The translations under genes were made by a program, and so were the position numbers. A DNA stretch of 64,000 bases from Longimicrobiales bacterium. GTDB taxonomy: Bacteria > Gemmatimonadota > Gemmatimonadetes > Longimicrobiales > Gaopeijiaceae. The stretch is taken from NCBI GenBank assembly GCA_965238005.1, contig OZ250165.1:1408001-1472000 (forward strand), written 5' to 3'. The notes beneath the pieces are model-generated. The model was given only the letters and a program-made list of their open reading frames with translations, did not search any database and was not told the origin of the DNA. Within the stretch, counting starts at the first letter, position 1. Each line of letters begins with the position of its first letter. This document shows positions 8,838 through 18,199 of this stretch, piece after piece.

Positions 8838-10376
8838 ATTCTCGCCCACATTCGCTCTGCATCGGTGCATGGGGTCGAGAGCCGCTCCGTGTCGGTGGAG
8901 GTCAACCTCTCCGTGGGGCTTCCCGCCTTTGTCGTCGTGGGACTCCCCCAGGGAGCCGTCAGGGAGGGACGAGAACGGGTCGCGGCGGCACTCCAGAACG
9001 TAGGACACTCCCTGCCTCCCCGTCGCATCACCGTGAACTTGGCGCCGGCGGACGTGCCGAAGGAGGGGAGTGCCTTCGACCTACCCATCGCGCTCGCGCT
9101 TCTCATAGGCATGGGCGTCGTCCCACAGGATCGCGTGGAGGGCCTCTGCTTCGTCGGGGAGCTAGGACTGGATGGGCGTCTGAGACCGGTCCGCGGCGCC
9201 CTTCCCATCGCCGCGGGTTGCAAGGACCGGGGTGTGACCGGATTGGTGCTTCCGCTGGAGAACGCGCGGGAGGCGGCGGGAGTGGGCGGCATCCAGGTCT
9301 TCGGTGGCGATGGCCTGGGCAGGGTCATGGAGCACCTGACGGGAGGGCGCTCGCTGCCGCCTACGAGAGTGGATTCCGCTCGTCTCCTACGGGAGACTGG
9401 ACCCACGACAGCGGATCTCGCCGATGTTCACGGTCAGGAATTCGCGAAGCGCGCCATGGAGATCGCTGCCGCCGGAAGCCACAACCTGCTCCTGCTGGGA
9501 CCTCCAGGCTCGGGGAAGACCATGCTTGCCAGACGCCTCCCCGGGATCCTTCCCCCCCTCACCGTGGCCGAGTCCATCGAGGTTACGAAGATCCACTCGG
9601 TTGCGGGTCTGGTTCCGGCCGGAGGCTCCCTTCTGACGGGACGGCCTTTTCGAGCTCCCCACCACACGGTGAGTGATGCAGGTTTGGTGGGAGGAGGGTC
9701 GATCCCCAGGCCTGGCGAGGTCAGCTTGGCTCACCGCGGCGTCCTGTTCCTGGACGAACTTCCCGAGTACCGGCGTAGCGCACTCGAGGCCTTGCGACAG
9801 CCCTTGGAGGACGGGGTGGTGGCCCACTCGCGGGTGCGCTCGGCGCTTCGGTACCCGGCGCGATTCATGCTCGCTGGAGCCATGAATCCATGTCCCTGTG
9901 GCTGGCTTGGAGACGACTCGGGGCGGTGCGGCTGTGATCCTATGCGCGTACTCCGTTATCGATCGAGGGTCTCGGGTCCACTTCTCGATCGAATCGACCT
10001 TCACGTTGAGGTCCCGGCGGTGCCGTTCCGGAAGCTGTTCGAGGATCGGCCGGGTGAGGGGAGTGCCGTCGTTCGCGAGCGGGTTGCCCAGGCCCGTCAC
10101 CGTCAGATCGAGCGCCTGCGCGACTCGTCGAGGGTCTTCGCCAACGGTCAGATGGGTCTGGCCGATATCCGCAGCCACTGTCGCCCCTCCGCCGACGTCG
10201 CCCGCCTGCTTCAGCGGGCCCTGGACCGACTCCGGCTGTCGGCTCGGGCGTACCACCGGATCCTCAAGGTGGCCCGGACGATCGCTGACCTCGATGGCAG
10301 CGACGCCATCACTCCCACCCATGCGGCGGAGGCGGTGCAGTATCGAAGCCTGGACCGGCAGCGTATGGGAGCCTGA
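8838..10376 (+). CDS. comM: ComM/YifB Mg-chelatase-like AAA+ ATPase
   Basis: ITVNLAPADVPKEGSAFDLPIA, Walker A GPPGSGKT, RPFRAPHHT, PGEVSLAHRGVLFLDE, AMNPCPCG. The GGAGG SD precedes an ATT codon at 8838; next GTG at 8865. Confidence 0.93.
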   Translation: MLAHIRSASVHGVESRSVSVEVNLSVGLPAFVVVGLPQGAVREGRERVAAALQNVGHSLPPRRITVNLAPADVPKEGSAFDLPIALALLIGMGVVPQDRVEGLCFVGELGLDGRLRPVRGALPIAAGCKDRGVTGLVLPLENAREAAGVGGIQVFGGDGLGRVMEHLTGGRSLPPTRVDSARLLRETGPTTADLADVHGQEFAKRAMEIAAAGSHNLLLLGPPGSGKTMLARRLPGILPPLTVAESIEVTKIHSVAGLVPAGGSLLTGRPFRAPHHTVSDAGLVGGGSIPRPGEVSLAHRGVLFLDELPEYRRSALEALRQPLEDGVVAHSRVRSALRYPARFMLAGAMNPCPCGWLGDDSGRCGCDPMRVLRYRSRVSGPLLDRIDLHVEVPAVPFRKLFEDRPGEGSAVVRERVAQARHRQIERLRDSSRVFANGQMGLADIRSHCRPSADVARLLQRALDRLRLSARAYHRILKVARTIADLDGSDAITPTHAAEAVQYRSLDRQRMGA

Positions 10377-10465
10377 TCAACAGGGGTACCGAAGCCGAGC
10401 GGTCCACACTACCATGAGTCCATGCATCTCCAGACCACACCGTCACACGTCAGGCCCCGTGGCTC

Positions 10466-11470
10466 GTGGCGACGGAGAGGCCGGTGACGGCCTCGATCGT
10501 CCGGGTCGCCGTCCAGGATACCCCGGCCGATTCCGCGGGAGCAGCCGTGGCCCAGGGCATCGACTTTCTGAGCAGGGGGTTGTTGCTGGACAGCCTCTCG
10601 TGGAGGAAGATCGGCCTCACGGCCGTCGTCCTGCTCTTCGTTTGGCTGCTGCGGCGGGTCCTGCAGAGAGTCGTTCAGAGCACCATCGAGGACCGCGCTC
10701 TCCGGTACCGGCGGGGGAAGACGATCGCCTACGTCACGTGGGTGCTGGCAGCGCTGTTCATCGCGTCCATCTGGGTGGAGGGGCTCCGGCAGGTGGGCAC
10801 CTTCCTCGGCCTGATCGCCGCCGGCGTGGCCATCGCCCTGAAGGACGTCCTCGTCGACCTGGCCGGGTGGTTCGTCATCGTGACCAAGCCCCCCTTCCAG
10901 CTCGGGGATCGTATCCAGGTCGGAGAGCACGCCGGTGACGTCGTGGACATCTCTGTCCTTCACTTCACGCTCAATGAGATCGGGAACTGGGTGGCGGCGG
11001 ATCAGAGCACCGGAAGGGTCATCCAGATTCCCAACGGGAAGATCCTCACCGAGCCCATCGCCAACTACACGGCCGAGTTCCCGTATCTGTGGCACGAGAT
11101 TCCCGTCGTGATCACGTTCGAGAGTGACTGGCGCAAAGCCAAGGCGATGCTCCTGCCTGTCGTCCAGGAAGAGACGAAGGAGGCCAGTGAGCGAGCACGG
11201 GAATCGCTCAAGCGGAGCCCGAGCCGAATGCTGATCTCGTACGGCACCGTCACCGCCACCGTCTACACGTCGGTCGTGGATCATGGGATCTGCCTTACAC
11301 TCCGCTTTCTCACCGATCCGCGCCGACGACGCCAGGCTCATCAGGCTCTCTGGGAGGCCGTACTGCACATTGTCGACAAGGAGCCCGACATCGATCTGGC
11401 CTACCCCACCACGAGGATCGTGAGCCTGGGGCAGACCCCGCTCCTCGCTCCCACCTCAGATCGAGAGTAG
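10466..11470 (+). CDS. Small-conductance mechanosensitive channel (MscS family)
   Basis: TM helices, then PFQLGDRIQVG..GDVVDI, STGRVIQIPNG, ITFESDW and IDLAYPT. Confidence 0.9.
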   Translation: MATERPVTASIVRVAVQDTPADSAGAAVAQGIDFLSRGLLLDSLSWRKIGLTAVVLLFVWLLRRVLQRVVQSTIEDRALRYRRGKTIAYVTWVLAALFIASIWVEGLRQVGTFLGLIAAGVAIALKDVLVDLAGWFVIVTKPPFQLGDRIQVGEHAGDVVDISVLHFTLNEIGNWVAADQSTGRVIQIPNGKILTEPIANYTAEFPYLWHEIPVVITFESDWRKAKAMLLPVVQEETKEASERARESLKRSPSRMLISYGTVTATVYTSVVDHGICLTLRFLTDPRRRRQAHQALWEAVLHIVDKEPDIDLAYPTTRIVSLGQTPLLAPTSDRE

Positions 11471-11581
11471 TCCTCACCCGCTCGGGGTTCTGGCCCACTC
11501 GGGGCCCCAGCCGGCGGGATCATGCGTACCGTGCACTGGCGTCGTCCGTGTTGTCGTGGCCTGGTATGGAGCCCGGGGCAG

Positions 11582-11590
11582 TGATATGTT
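11582..11590 (+). promoter_or_regulatory. Candidate extended -10 promoter for the riboswitch-btuB transcript
   Basis: TGaTATGTT about 22 nt upstream of riboswitch P1. Confidence 0.35.
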
Positions 11591-11612
11591 GGTCCCGACA
11601 AGAGAACCACAA

Positions 11613-11778
11613 CGCGGGCGAGGCATCTCGGAAGCCGGTGAGACTCCGGTACGGCCCCGCCACTGTGTTAGGCCCGGCCCATGAGGGCTGGAAAACGCTC
11701 CCTTGATACACCACCACTGGGGAAGCCCCTGGGAAGGTGAGGAGAGCGGCCTTGAGTCAGTAGACCTGCACGCCCGCG
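11613..11778 (+). ncRNA. Cobalamin riboswitch
   Basis: P1 cgcgggcg/cgcccgcg. Core ggaagccggtgagactccggtacggccccgccactgt, ccactg..gggaagg, and B12 box gagtcagtagacctgc. Lies directly upstream of a TonB-dependent receptor. Confidence 0.93.
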
Positions 11779-11806
11779 CTGACCAAGCACTCTTCGAGGG
11801 GAAGGC

Positions 11807-13969
11807 GTGCGGGCTTTTCATTTATGGGCAGCCACGAGAATGGCCGTTGCGGCCGTTCTGGCGTGTGCATTTCCTGCGGCCGGGCAGTACCCGGGGGAGC
11901 TACTCGGCCGAGTCATCGACGCGACCACGGGCCTCCCGGTCGTGGACGCCCTGATCGTCCTGCCGGCCTCTCAGCGGGTAGGCCATTCGGATGGCTCGGG
12001 CGAGTTCCACCTGAGGGCGCTCGATCCCGGCGACCAGGCGATTCGGATCGAGCATCTCGGGTACGCGACTCTCGTCGGCGAGATCCGGGTCTGGAACGGG
12101 TTCATAACCCGGAACACATACCTACTCCAGCCGGCGCCCATCTCTGTCGATTCCCTCGCGGTCCAAGTCGAAGGTCTGCGATCCGTGGGCGTCCATCGCA
12201 TCGTCCGGGCCGACATCCGAAGCTCCGGGGCGCGGACGGCCGGTGACGTGGTGGCCACGGCTCCCGCCGTGGTCGTCCGTCGCGAGGGGGTGGCAGGAGC
12301 CCAGACCGCCTCCATCCGGGGCAGCTCCGCCGACGCCGTCCTGGTGCTTCTGGACGGAGCGCCGCTGAACGATCCCATCACGGGTGAGGCCGACCTCTCC
12401 CGGGTGGCTGCCAGTGCGATCCAGGAGATCCGAGTCGTGGCCGGGGGGGCGACCTCCCGCTTCGGTCCGGGAGCGGAGGGGGGAGTGATCCTTATCCGAA
12501 CCGCCGATGCTCCCACGGCCTTCGGGGTCCGGGTGGGCGTGGGGTCGTTGGGGCGGATCGAGGTGTCGGGGGAGGGGGGTCTCGAGGTGGGGAAGGCGAG
12601 GCTCGGGCTCGGGGTCGAGGGCCTTCGGACTGACGGGGAGTTTTCCTTTACCCAGGCGCCCGAAGTGGGTGGTGTGGACGCCATTCGCCGAAACGCCGAT
12701 GAAAGGCACCTGGCTGCCTGGGCGAGCCTGTCACTACCGGGTGAGGGGAGCGAGACGCGGTTTCGGCTGGGTGTGGAGTCGGTTCACCGAGGCCTCCCGG
12801 GCAAGGAGTTCGCCCCCTCGACCTTCGCTCGCCAAGAAGCGGTGCGAGCGCGCGGTTCGGCGGCCTGGAGTGGGAGACTGGGCGGCGGCCGGGGGGATGT
12901 GGCGGGCTACCTGCACCTGGATGGCTCAGCGTACCGTGATCCGGAGCCGCCGGTGGGACTGCCGTTCGATACCCGAACCCGTGTGACTACCGCCGGCGCG
13001 AGGGGCGATGTGAGCTGGGAGCCTGGTATCGATTGGCTCTCGGAGATGTCCCTGGGAGCTCTCGCCAGCGTCCAGCGGGTCAACTCGGGGGCACTCTCCG
13101 TTTCGGCACCCACGAGTCGCAAGGCCGTAAGCGTCAGCGCCCGTGGGTCCCTCGCTCCCGCCGCCCCCCGCACGAAGATCGAATTGACGGCAGCAGGCCA
13201 TTGGGATGGCCTGGCCGGCCGGTGGCGAGGTACCCACGACGTAACGGTGAGCCTCGGTGGACCGGGACTCTCCTTCCACGCAGCCCAACGGAGCAGCTTC
13301 AGCCTGCCCACCCTGGGAGACCAGTTCTTCAGCGAGGGGGTCGCCGTCGCGCCGAACCCGGATCTAAGAGCCGAGCGCGTGCCGTGGGAGTTAGAAACCG
13401 GAGTAGAAGTGCGGGGTCGGCGGGGGAGGTCCGTGTTGGCAGGGGGAGCCTCCGTGTATCGGGGAGACGTGATCGACATGATCGTCTGGGCTCCTGACTT
13501 TCGCTTCGTATGGGGGCCCAGAAACGTCGATGTGAACCGCTGGGGCCTGGACGCGTGGGGGGAGGTGACGCGCTCCCTATCGTCCGGTGTCCTGCGTGCC
13601 TCGGCGAACTACTCCATGACCACGGTGACGTACGACCGTCCCGATCCCGTCCCGGTCCAGGTCATGTACCGCCCCCGCCACAGCGGGGCGGCTCTGTTGG
13701 GCCTGACCGCGGGAAGCTGGGACGGGCAGGTGGGCGTGAAGCTCACCGGGGCACGCCTTCCCGTCGCCTCGCTGGTGAACGAGCTTCCGGCCTTTTGGGC
13801 GACGGAGCTACGGTTGGCCAGGCGCGGGAGGCTGGCCGGAAGGGAGTACCGGGCTGCCGCCCAGGTCGATCGACTCTTCGACCGGAAAGACACGCTGATT
13901 TTCGGCTATCCGCATCCTGGACGGACGTTGAGCATAACGGTGATCCTCGGCGCGGGAGACGGGGGTTGA
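11807..13969 (+). CDS. btuB: TonB-dependent receptor, probable cobalamin transporter
   Basis: Signal peptide, carboxypeptidase-like N-domain, plug motifs ASIRGS..VLVLLDG and FGPGAEGGVILIRT, NPDLRAER. Substrate inferred from the riboswitch. Confidence 0.8.
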   Translation: MRAFHLWAATRMAVAAVLACAFPAAGQYPGELLGRVIDATTGLPVVDALIVLPASQRVGHSDGSGEFHLRALDPGDQAIRIEHLGYATLVGEIRVWNGFITRNTYLLQPAPISVDSLAVQVEGLRSVGVHRIVRADIRSSGARTAGDVVATAPAVVVRREGVAGAQTASIRGSSADAVLVLLDGAPLNDPITGEADLSRVAASAIQEIRVVAGGATSRFGPGAEGGVILIRTADAPTAFGVRVGVGSLGRIEVSGEGGLEVGKARLGLGVEGLRTDGEFSFTQAPEVGGVDAIRRNADERHLAAWASLSLPGEGSETRFRLGVESVHRGLPGKEFAPSTFARQEAVRARGSAAWSGRLGGGRGDVAGYLHLDGSAYRDPEPPVGLPFDTRTRVTTAGARGDVSWEPGIDWLSEMSLGALASVQRVNSGALSVSAPTSRKAVSVSARGSLAPAAPRTKIELTAAGHWDGLAGRWRGTHDVTVSLGGPGLSFHAAQRSSFSLPTLGDQFFSEGVAVAPNPDLRAERVPWELETGVEVRGRRGRSVLAGGASVYRGDVIDMIVWAPDFRFVWGPRNVDVNRWGLDAWGEVTRSLSSGVLRASANYSMTTVTYDRPDPVPVQVMYRPRHSGAALLGLTAGSWDGQVGVKLTGARLPVASLVNELPAFWATELRLARRGRLAGREYRAAAQVDRLFDRKDTLIFGYPHPGRTLSITVILGAGDGG

Positions 13970-14056
13970 GCCCCAGGGACGCACAAGGGGTTGAGCCCCG
14001 ACAAACATCCGACAGGGCCGAGCCCCGACGATATCACACGGGAGCCGGAGCTCCCC
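13962..14056 (+). repeat. Array of four short GC hairpins at 25-28 nt spacing
   Basis: ggggTTGAGcccc at 13962 and 13987, gggCCGAGccc at 14015, gggagcCGGAgctccc at 14040, separated by A/C-rich linkers. Confidence 0.7.
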
Positions 14057-14079
14057 ACGATAGGAGAAAGGAAGTGGGC

Positions 14080-15168
14080 ATGCAGCGGATCGACGCGTGG
14101 ACGTGGAGGATGAGCCGCGGACGGGCCGGGAGGCAGATGAGCTTTGGGCTGGTTCTGCTTTCTTCGTGTCTCCTCCTGGGATGCCATGAGGACGCGGCGG
14201 CGCCTGATCGGCTCGTCGAAGAAGAGATCGGGGTCGTCGTCAACAGTCTGGACGTGTCCCTCACCGTGTTCTCGGTGGACGAGCCGGATGCGCCCAATAC
14301 CATCGGCCTGTCGCCTGCCGGATCTCCGGTAGGCCTGGCCCTTCGCGGCTCGCTGGCCGTAGTTCCCCTCGGCTTCGTTCCGGCCGTTGCGGTGGTGGAC
14401 TTGAGCTCTGGGATTCTGCTGCAGACGATAGCCTTGCCCGAGGGGTCAGGGGCTACCGGGGCGGCTTTTCTGACCGACGCCCTGGTCTTGGTGGCCAACC
14501 CCAATCTCAACTCGGTCTCCCCCGTGAACATCGTGACGGGAGCTGTGGCGCCCCCCATCCCGGTGGGTGGCTTTCCGCAGCACGTAACCGGCATAAGCGG
14601 CCAGGGACTCGTGCTCAACGCGGAGCTCGGGCCGGATTTCCTCCCGGAGGGTCCGGGAACGGTCTCCATCATCAGCGGGGCGAGTCTCGCGGTCGTAGGC
14701 ACGGTTCAGCTCTCGGGGGAGAACCCGAGCGGTGCCGCGGTGGGGCCCGATGGCCTCCTCTACGTAGTCAACGCGGGACGATTCGGTGCGGGAAATGGGA
14801 GCCTGTCCGTAGTGGACCTCGGGAGCATGACCGAGGTCGCCCATCACACCGGCTTCGGAGAGTTCCCGGCCTCTCCCGCGTTCGGGGTCGACGGTAGCCT
14901 GTACTTCTCGTCCTTCTCCTTCGGGATCGGCGCCTGGAGCCCAGCCTCATCGTCGTTCATACGGGCGCCGGAGGACGCCGTTGCACCGGAAGGCCTTGGT
15001 AGCAGTGCGGGAGTCGCCTTCGACGGAGATGGGAGGATGTACGCCCTCCGGCCGGACTGTGTGAACCCGAGCGCGGCGATCCGCCTGACCCAGGACTTCG
15101 CCACCGAAGCGGTGGTTCCCACCGGCATATGTCCCATCGCCCTTGGGTTCACACACGTCGACCGCTGA
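14080..15168 (+). CDS. YncE/YVTN-type beta-propeller lipoprotein (BtuG-like)
   Basis: Lipobox LLLGC and repeated blades (VANPNLNSVSPVN, GTVSII, LYVVNAG..GSLSVVDL). AGGAG SD. Start could also be 14110 or 14137. Confidence 0.7.
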   Translation: MQRIDAWTWRMSRGRAGRQMSFGLVLLSSCLLLGCHEDAAAPDRLVEEEIGVVVNSLDVSLTVFSVDEPDAPNTIGLSPAGSPVGLALRGSLAVVPLGFVPAVAVVDLSSGILLQTIALPEGSGATGAAFLTDALVLVANPNLNSVSPVNIVTGAVAPPIPVGGFPQHVTGISGQGLVLNAELGPDFLPEGPGTVSIISGASLAVVGTVQLSGENPSGAAVGPDGLLYVVNAGRFGAGNGSLSVVDLGSMTEVAHHTGFGEFPASPAFGVDGSLYFSSFSFGIGAWSPASSSFIRAPEDAVAPEGLGSSAGVAFDGDGRMYALRPDCVNPSAAIRLTQDFATEAVVPTGICPIALGFTHVDR

Positions 15169-15356
15169 GGAGTTGAGCCGTTTTTCTCCGACGCGGGTTA
15201 GGTTGTTACCTCTGCGGGATCCCGGTAGCTTCTCGCAAGGTTCCTCTGTCACGGGCCACCTGGCAGCGGGGCGTGGCCGCAAATCGCAGGGTGGCGTAGT
15301 CGTTCTTGTGGAAGGCCCGAATCATTGTTGAACAGTCCAGGGTGTGATCTGCAGCC

Positions 15357-15917
15357 ATGCGTCTCTTCGTAGCACTCAGCTTGCCCAAGAAGGAGAAGGA
15401 CCGAATCTATCGCGCGGCCCGCGTGCTTCGGGAGTCGGAGCTCCCAGTGCGCTGGGTGGAGCCCGAGAAGTACCACCTCACTCTGAAGTTCCTGGGTGAC
15501 GTCTCGGAAGACCGAATCGAGTCCGTGGAAGAGGCGGTAGTGCGTGTCGCGCTGACGACGGGTGCCTTGGATATCGCCGTCGAGGGCTTCGGGGCCTTTC
15601 CCACGATTCGCCGGCCACGCGTGATCTGGGTCGGAGTCGAGCCCACTCCCGCTCTGCGTGCTCTGAAACAGGATCTCGAGTGGGCTCTCACCGACTCTGG
15701 GTTCGGGCGAGAGACCAGGGCGTTTCATCCCCATCTCACCCTGGGAAGGGCGGAGGCCCGCAACGGTGCGGGAGCCTTCCGCGGGCTCGACGAGAAGGCG
15801 GCGGCCCTCACCTACAAGGGTGAGATCACGGTTCGAAAGCTCGACCTGATGCGGAGTCATCTCTCGAAGGCAGGAGCGCGCTACACCCTTCATCGCAGCT
15901 CTGCGTTCGAGGGGTAG
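15357..15917 (+). CDS. thpR: RNA 2',3'-cyclic phosphodiesterase (2H family)
   Basis: MRLFVAL start and two HxT motifs (HLTLKFLG, FHPHLTLGR). Confidence 0.92.
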   Translation: MRLFVALSLPKKEKDRIYRAARVLRESELPVRWVEPEKYHLTLKFLGDVSEDRIESVEEAVVRVALTTGALDIAVEGFGAFPTIRRPRVIWVGVEPTPALRALKQDLEWALTDSGFGRETRAFHPHLTLGRAEARNGAGAFRGLDEKAAALTYKGEITVRKLDLMRSHLSKAGARYTLHRSSAFEG

Positions 15918-15919
15918 CC

Positions 15920-16582
15920 GTGCTCGGACTCGGCTGCCTCAAGAGCTGCCTCGGGAAGATTGTTTTCGCAGCTCTCCTGGTGGCCGCCGCTCTGGCAGGA
16001 TGGCGATGGGGTCCCTCCGTCTTCCCGGAGCTGGCGCCATGGTTCTCCAGCGGGGATGACGTTGCCGAGATCACGGCGTCCCCGGAGCTCGCCGCGGCCA
16101 CGATGGACCGGTTCGAGGCGTTGCGGCGAGGTGAGGCCGGAGACCAGCTGGCGTTGAGCTCGACCGAGATCGTGTCCATCCTGCGGTATTCGGTCCCGGG
16201 GATCGTACCGGAAGGGATCAGCGAACCGCGGGTGGAGATGGCAGACGGGGTCGTCACCCTGACCGCTCGCGTCGCCGTCGAAGCGTTCCCCCGGCTTCCG
16301 AATCTGAACGCGGTTTTGGGTTTTCTGCCCGATACGCTCGAGGTATCCCTCGAGGGTGCTCTCGCTCCCCTGGAGGACGAGCGTTGGGATGCCCTCGTCG
16401 TCCACGGCGTGCGGGCCGCCTTCATACCGGTTCCGGACCGCATGATTCCCGAGATCCTCGAGGCCTTCGGGAGAGAGTACGTGGCGGGGCTTCCCGACGG
16501 TGCCATCGCCATCCCGCTTCCCGACGGGCTCAAGACCGCGTACATCCTCCGCGACAGTCTGGTACTCGTCAGCGACCGCTGA
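15920..16582 (+). CDS. Hypothetical membrane-anchored protein
   Basis: 220-aa ORF 2 nt after thpR, with an N-terminal TM segment. Confidence 0.7.
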   Translation: MLGLGCLKSCLGKIVFAALLVAAALAGWRWGPSVFPELAPWFSSGDDVAEITASPELAAATMDRFEALRRGEAGDQLALSSTEIVSILRYSVPGIVPEGISEPRVEMADGVVTLTARVAVEAFPRLPNLNAVLGFLPDTLEVSLEGALAPLEDERWDALVVHGVRAAFIPVPDRMIPEILEAFGREYVAGLPDGAIAIPLPDGLKTAYILRDSLVLVSDR

Positions 16583-16607
16583 GGCGACAGAACGAGCCGA
16601 CACCCTC

Positions 16608-17969
16608 ATGTCACGAATCCTGATCGTCGACGACGAAGAGTCCATCCGACACGCCCTCAGGCAGGTCTTCGAGTATGAAGAGCACGAGGTGATGACGGCA
16701 GCGGACGGTCCGGAGGCGATCGAGCTGTTCAAGTCGTTCGCGCCCCACGTCACCTTCTTGGACGTGAAGATGTCGGGCTTGGACGGTCTCGAAGTGCTCT
16801 CTCGCATCCGCAAGGTGGACCCGGGCGCCCACGTGGTCATGATCAGCGGTCACGGCACCATCGACACGGCCGTCGACGCCACCCGCAAGGGGGCCTTCGA
16901 CTTCCTGGAGAAGCCCCTGGACACCGATCGGCTCCTCGTCAGCCTGCGCAATGTTCTGGAGCTCCGAGGCCTCACCCAGAGTGTCGGGCTGCTTCGGAGC
17001 GAGGCCGACGACCGCCACAGGATCGTCGGGGCCTCAGCCTCCGTCCGGGGGGTGTTGGAGCGAATCGAGCGGGTGGCGCCTACCGATGCCCGCGTGCTCA
17101 TCAGCGGTGAGAACGGAACGGGCAAGGAGCTCGTGGCGCGCGGCATCCATCGCCTCTCGGCCCGGGAGCAGGCTCCATTCATCGAGGTCAACTGCGCCGC
17201 GATTCCCGCAGAGCTCATCGAGTCCGAGCTCTTCGGCCACATCAAGGGCTCCTTCACCGGTGCCGTGGCAGATCGAGCGGGGAAGTTCGAGCAGGCACAC
17301 GAGGGCACCCTGTTCCTGGATGAGATTGGGGACATGTCGTTGGCCGCTCAGGCAAAGGTGCTTCGGGCCCTCGAGGAGGGTGTGATTACGCGAGTGGGCG
17401 GATCCAAGGCCATCCAGGTGGACGCCCGGGTGATCGCCGCCACGAACAAGGACCTTCCGGAGGAGATCGCCGAGGGACGATTCCGGGAGGATCTCTTCTA
17501 TCGGCTGAACGTCGTACCCATCGTGGTTCCTCCGCTGCGGGAGCGACCCGAGGACATTCGGCCCCTCGTCGCCCACTTCGTCGGCCAAGCCGTGGGGGTC
17601 ACCCACGTCGCCCCGAAGATCCTGGAGGAGGAGGCGCTCGCCCGTCTCGAGGCTCTGGATTGGCCTGGCAACGTTCGGGAGTTGAGGAACACGGTGGAGA
17701 GGCTGCTCATCTTGTCGCCGGGCGAGGCCGTGAGGGCGGCGGATGTGGACTCCCTGGTGGCCGGTGCGACCGGCGGTGACGGCTTTGGGGGGGCGCTCTT
17801 GGGGATACACACCTTCGGCGAGTTCAAGGAACAGGCCGAGCTGGTCTACATCACCCACAAGCTCCGCGAGAACGACTGGAACGTTAGCGAAACGGCGCGC
17901 CAGATCGACATGCCACGCTCCAACCTTTACAAGAAGATCGAGAAATACGGCCTCACACGGGACGATTGA
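16608..17969 (+). CDS. Sigma54-dependent response regulator (NtrC/NtrX family)
   Basis: Receiver ILIVDDE..FLDVKM, Walker A GENGTGKE, GSFTGA loop, WPGNVRELRN and Fis-type HTH. Confidence 0.95.
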   Translation: MSRILIVDDEESIRHALRQVFEYEEHEVMTAADGPEAIELFKSFAPHVTFLDVKMSGLDGLEVLSRIRKVDPGAHVVMISGHGTIDTAVDATRKGAFDFLEKPLDTDRLLVSLRNVLELRGLTQSVGLLRSEADDRHRIVGASASVRGVLERIERVAPTDARVLISGENGTGKELVARGIHRLSAREQAPFIEVNCAAIPAELIESELFGHIKGSFTGAVADRAGKFEQAHEGTLFLDEIGDMSLAAQAKVLRALEEGVITRVGGSKAIQVDARVIAATNKDLPEEIAEGRFREDLFYRLNVVPIVVPPLRERPEDIRPLVAHFVGQAVGVTHVAPKILEEEALARLEALDWPGNVRELRNTVERLLILSPGEAVRAADVDSLVAGATGGDGFGGALLGIHTFGEFKEQAELVYITHKLRENDWNVSETARQIDMPRSNLYKKIEKYGLTRDD

Positions 17970-18021
17970 GGGATCCGGCAGGTCGTGCTGTCAGACGCCT
18001 AGGAGCCTGTCAGAGTCCTAG

Positions 18022-18199
18022 TGTCCCGTTACCAAAGTGTCTCGGCCAGTCGAGGGCACGGTGCATCCGCGGGCTCGGCGTTGGAACTCCTGGCGACCAC
18101 GCTTCGCGCGGTGCCCGCTTGGGCTACGCCGCGTCGTCCCGCCTTGATCCCACGGCGCCCCGGCCCTCTTGGTGGCTCGCGAACTTTGGCAACGGAACC
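18022..18199. mobile_element. MITE-like element family A, copy 2 (178 bp)
   Basis: Same TIRs, flanked by CTAG 18018-18021 and CTAG 18200-18203. The right flank is the stop of the minus-strand protease. Confidence 0.92.

Noticed and set aside
13962..14056. Possible mini-CRISPR array
   Set aside because: Repeats are 12-16 nt and degenerate, spacers are 12-15 nt, and there are no cas genes.
13510..14079. N-terminal 190 codons of the 552-aa ORF
   Set aside because: Overlaps btuB out of frame; the SD and signal peptide point to a start at or after 14080.
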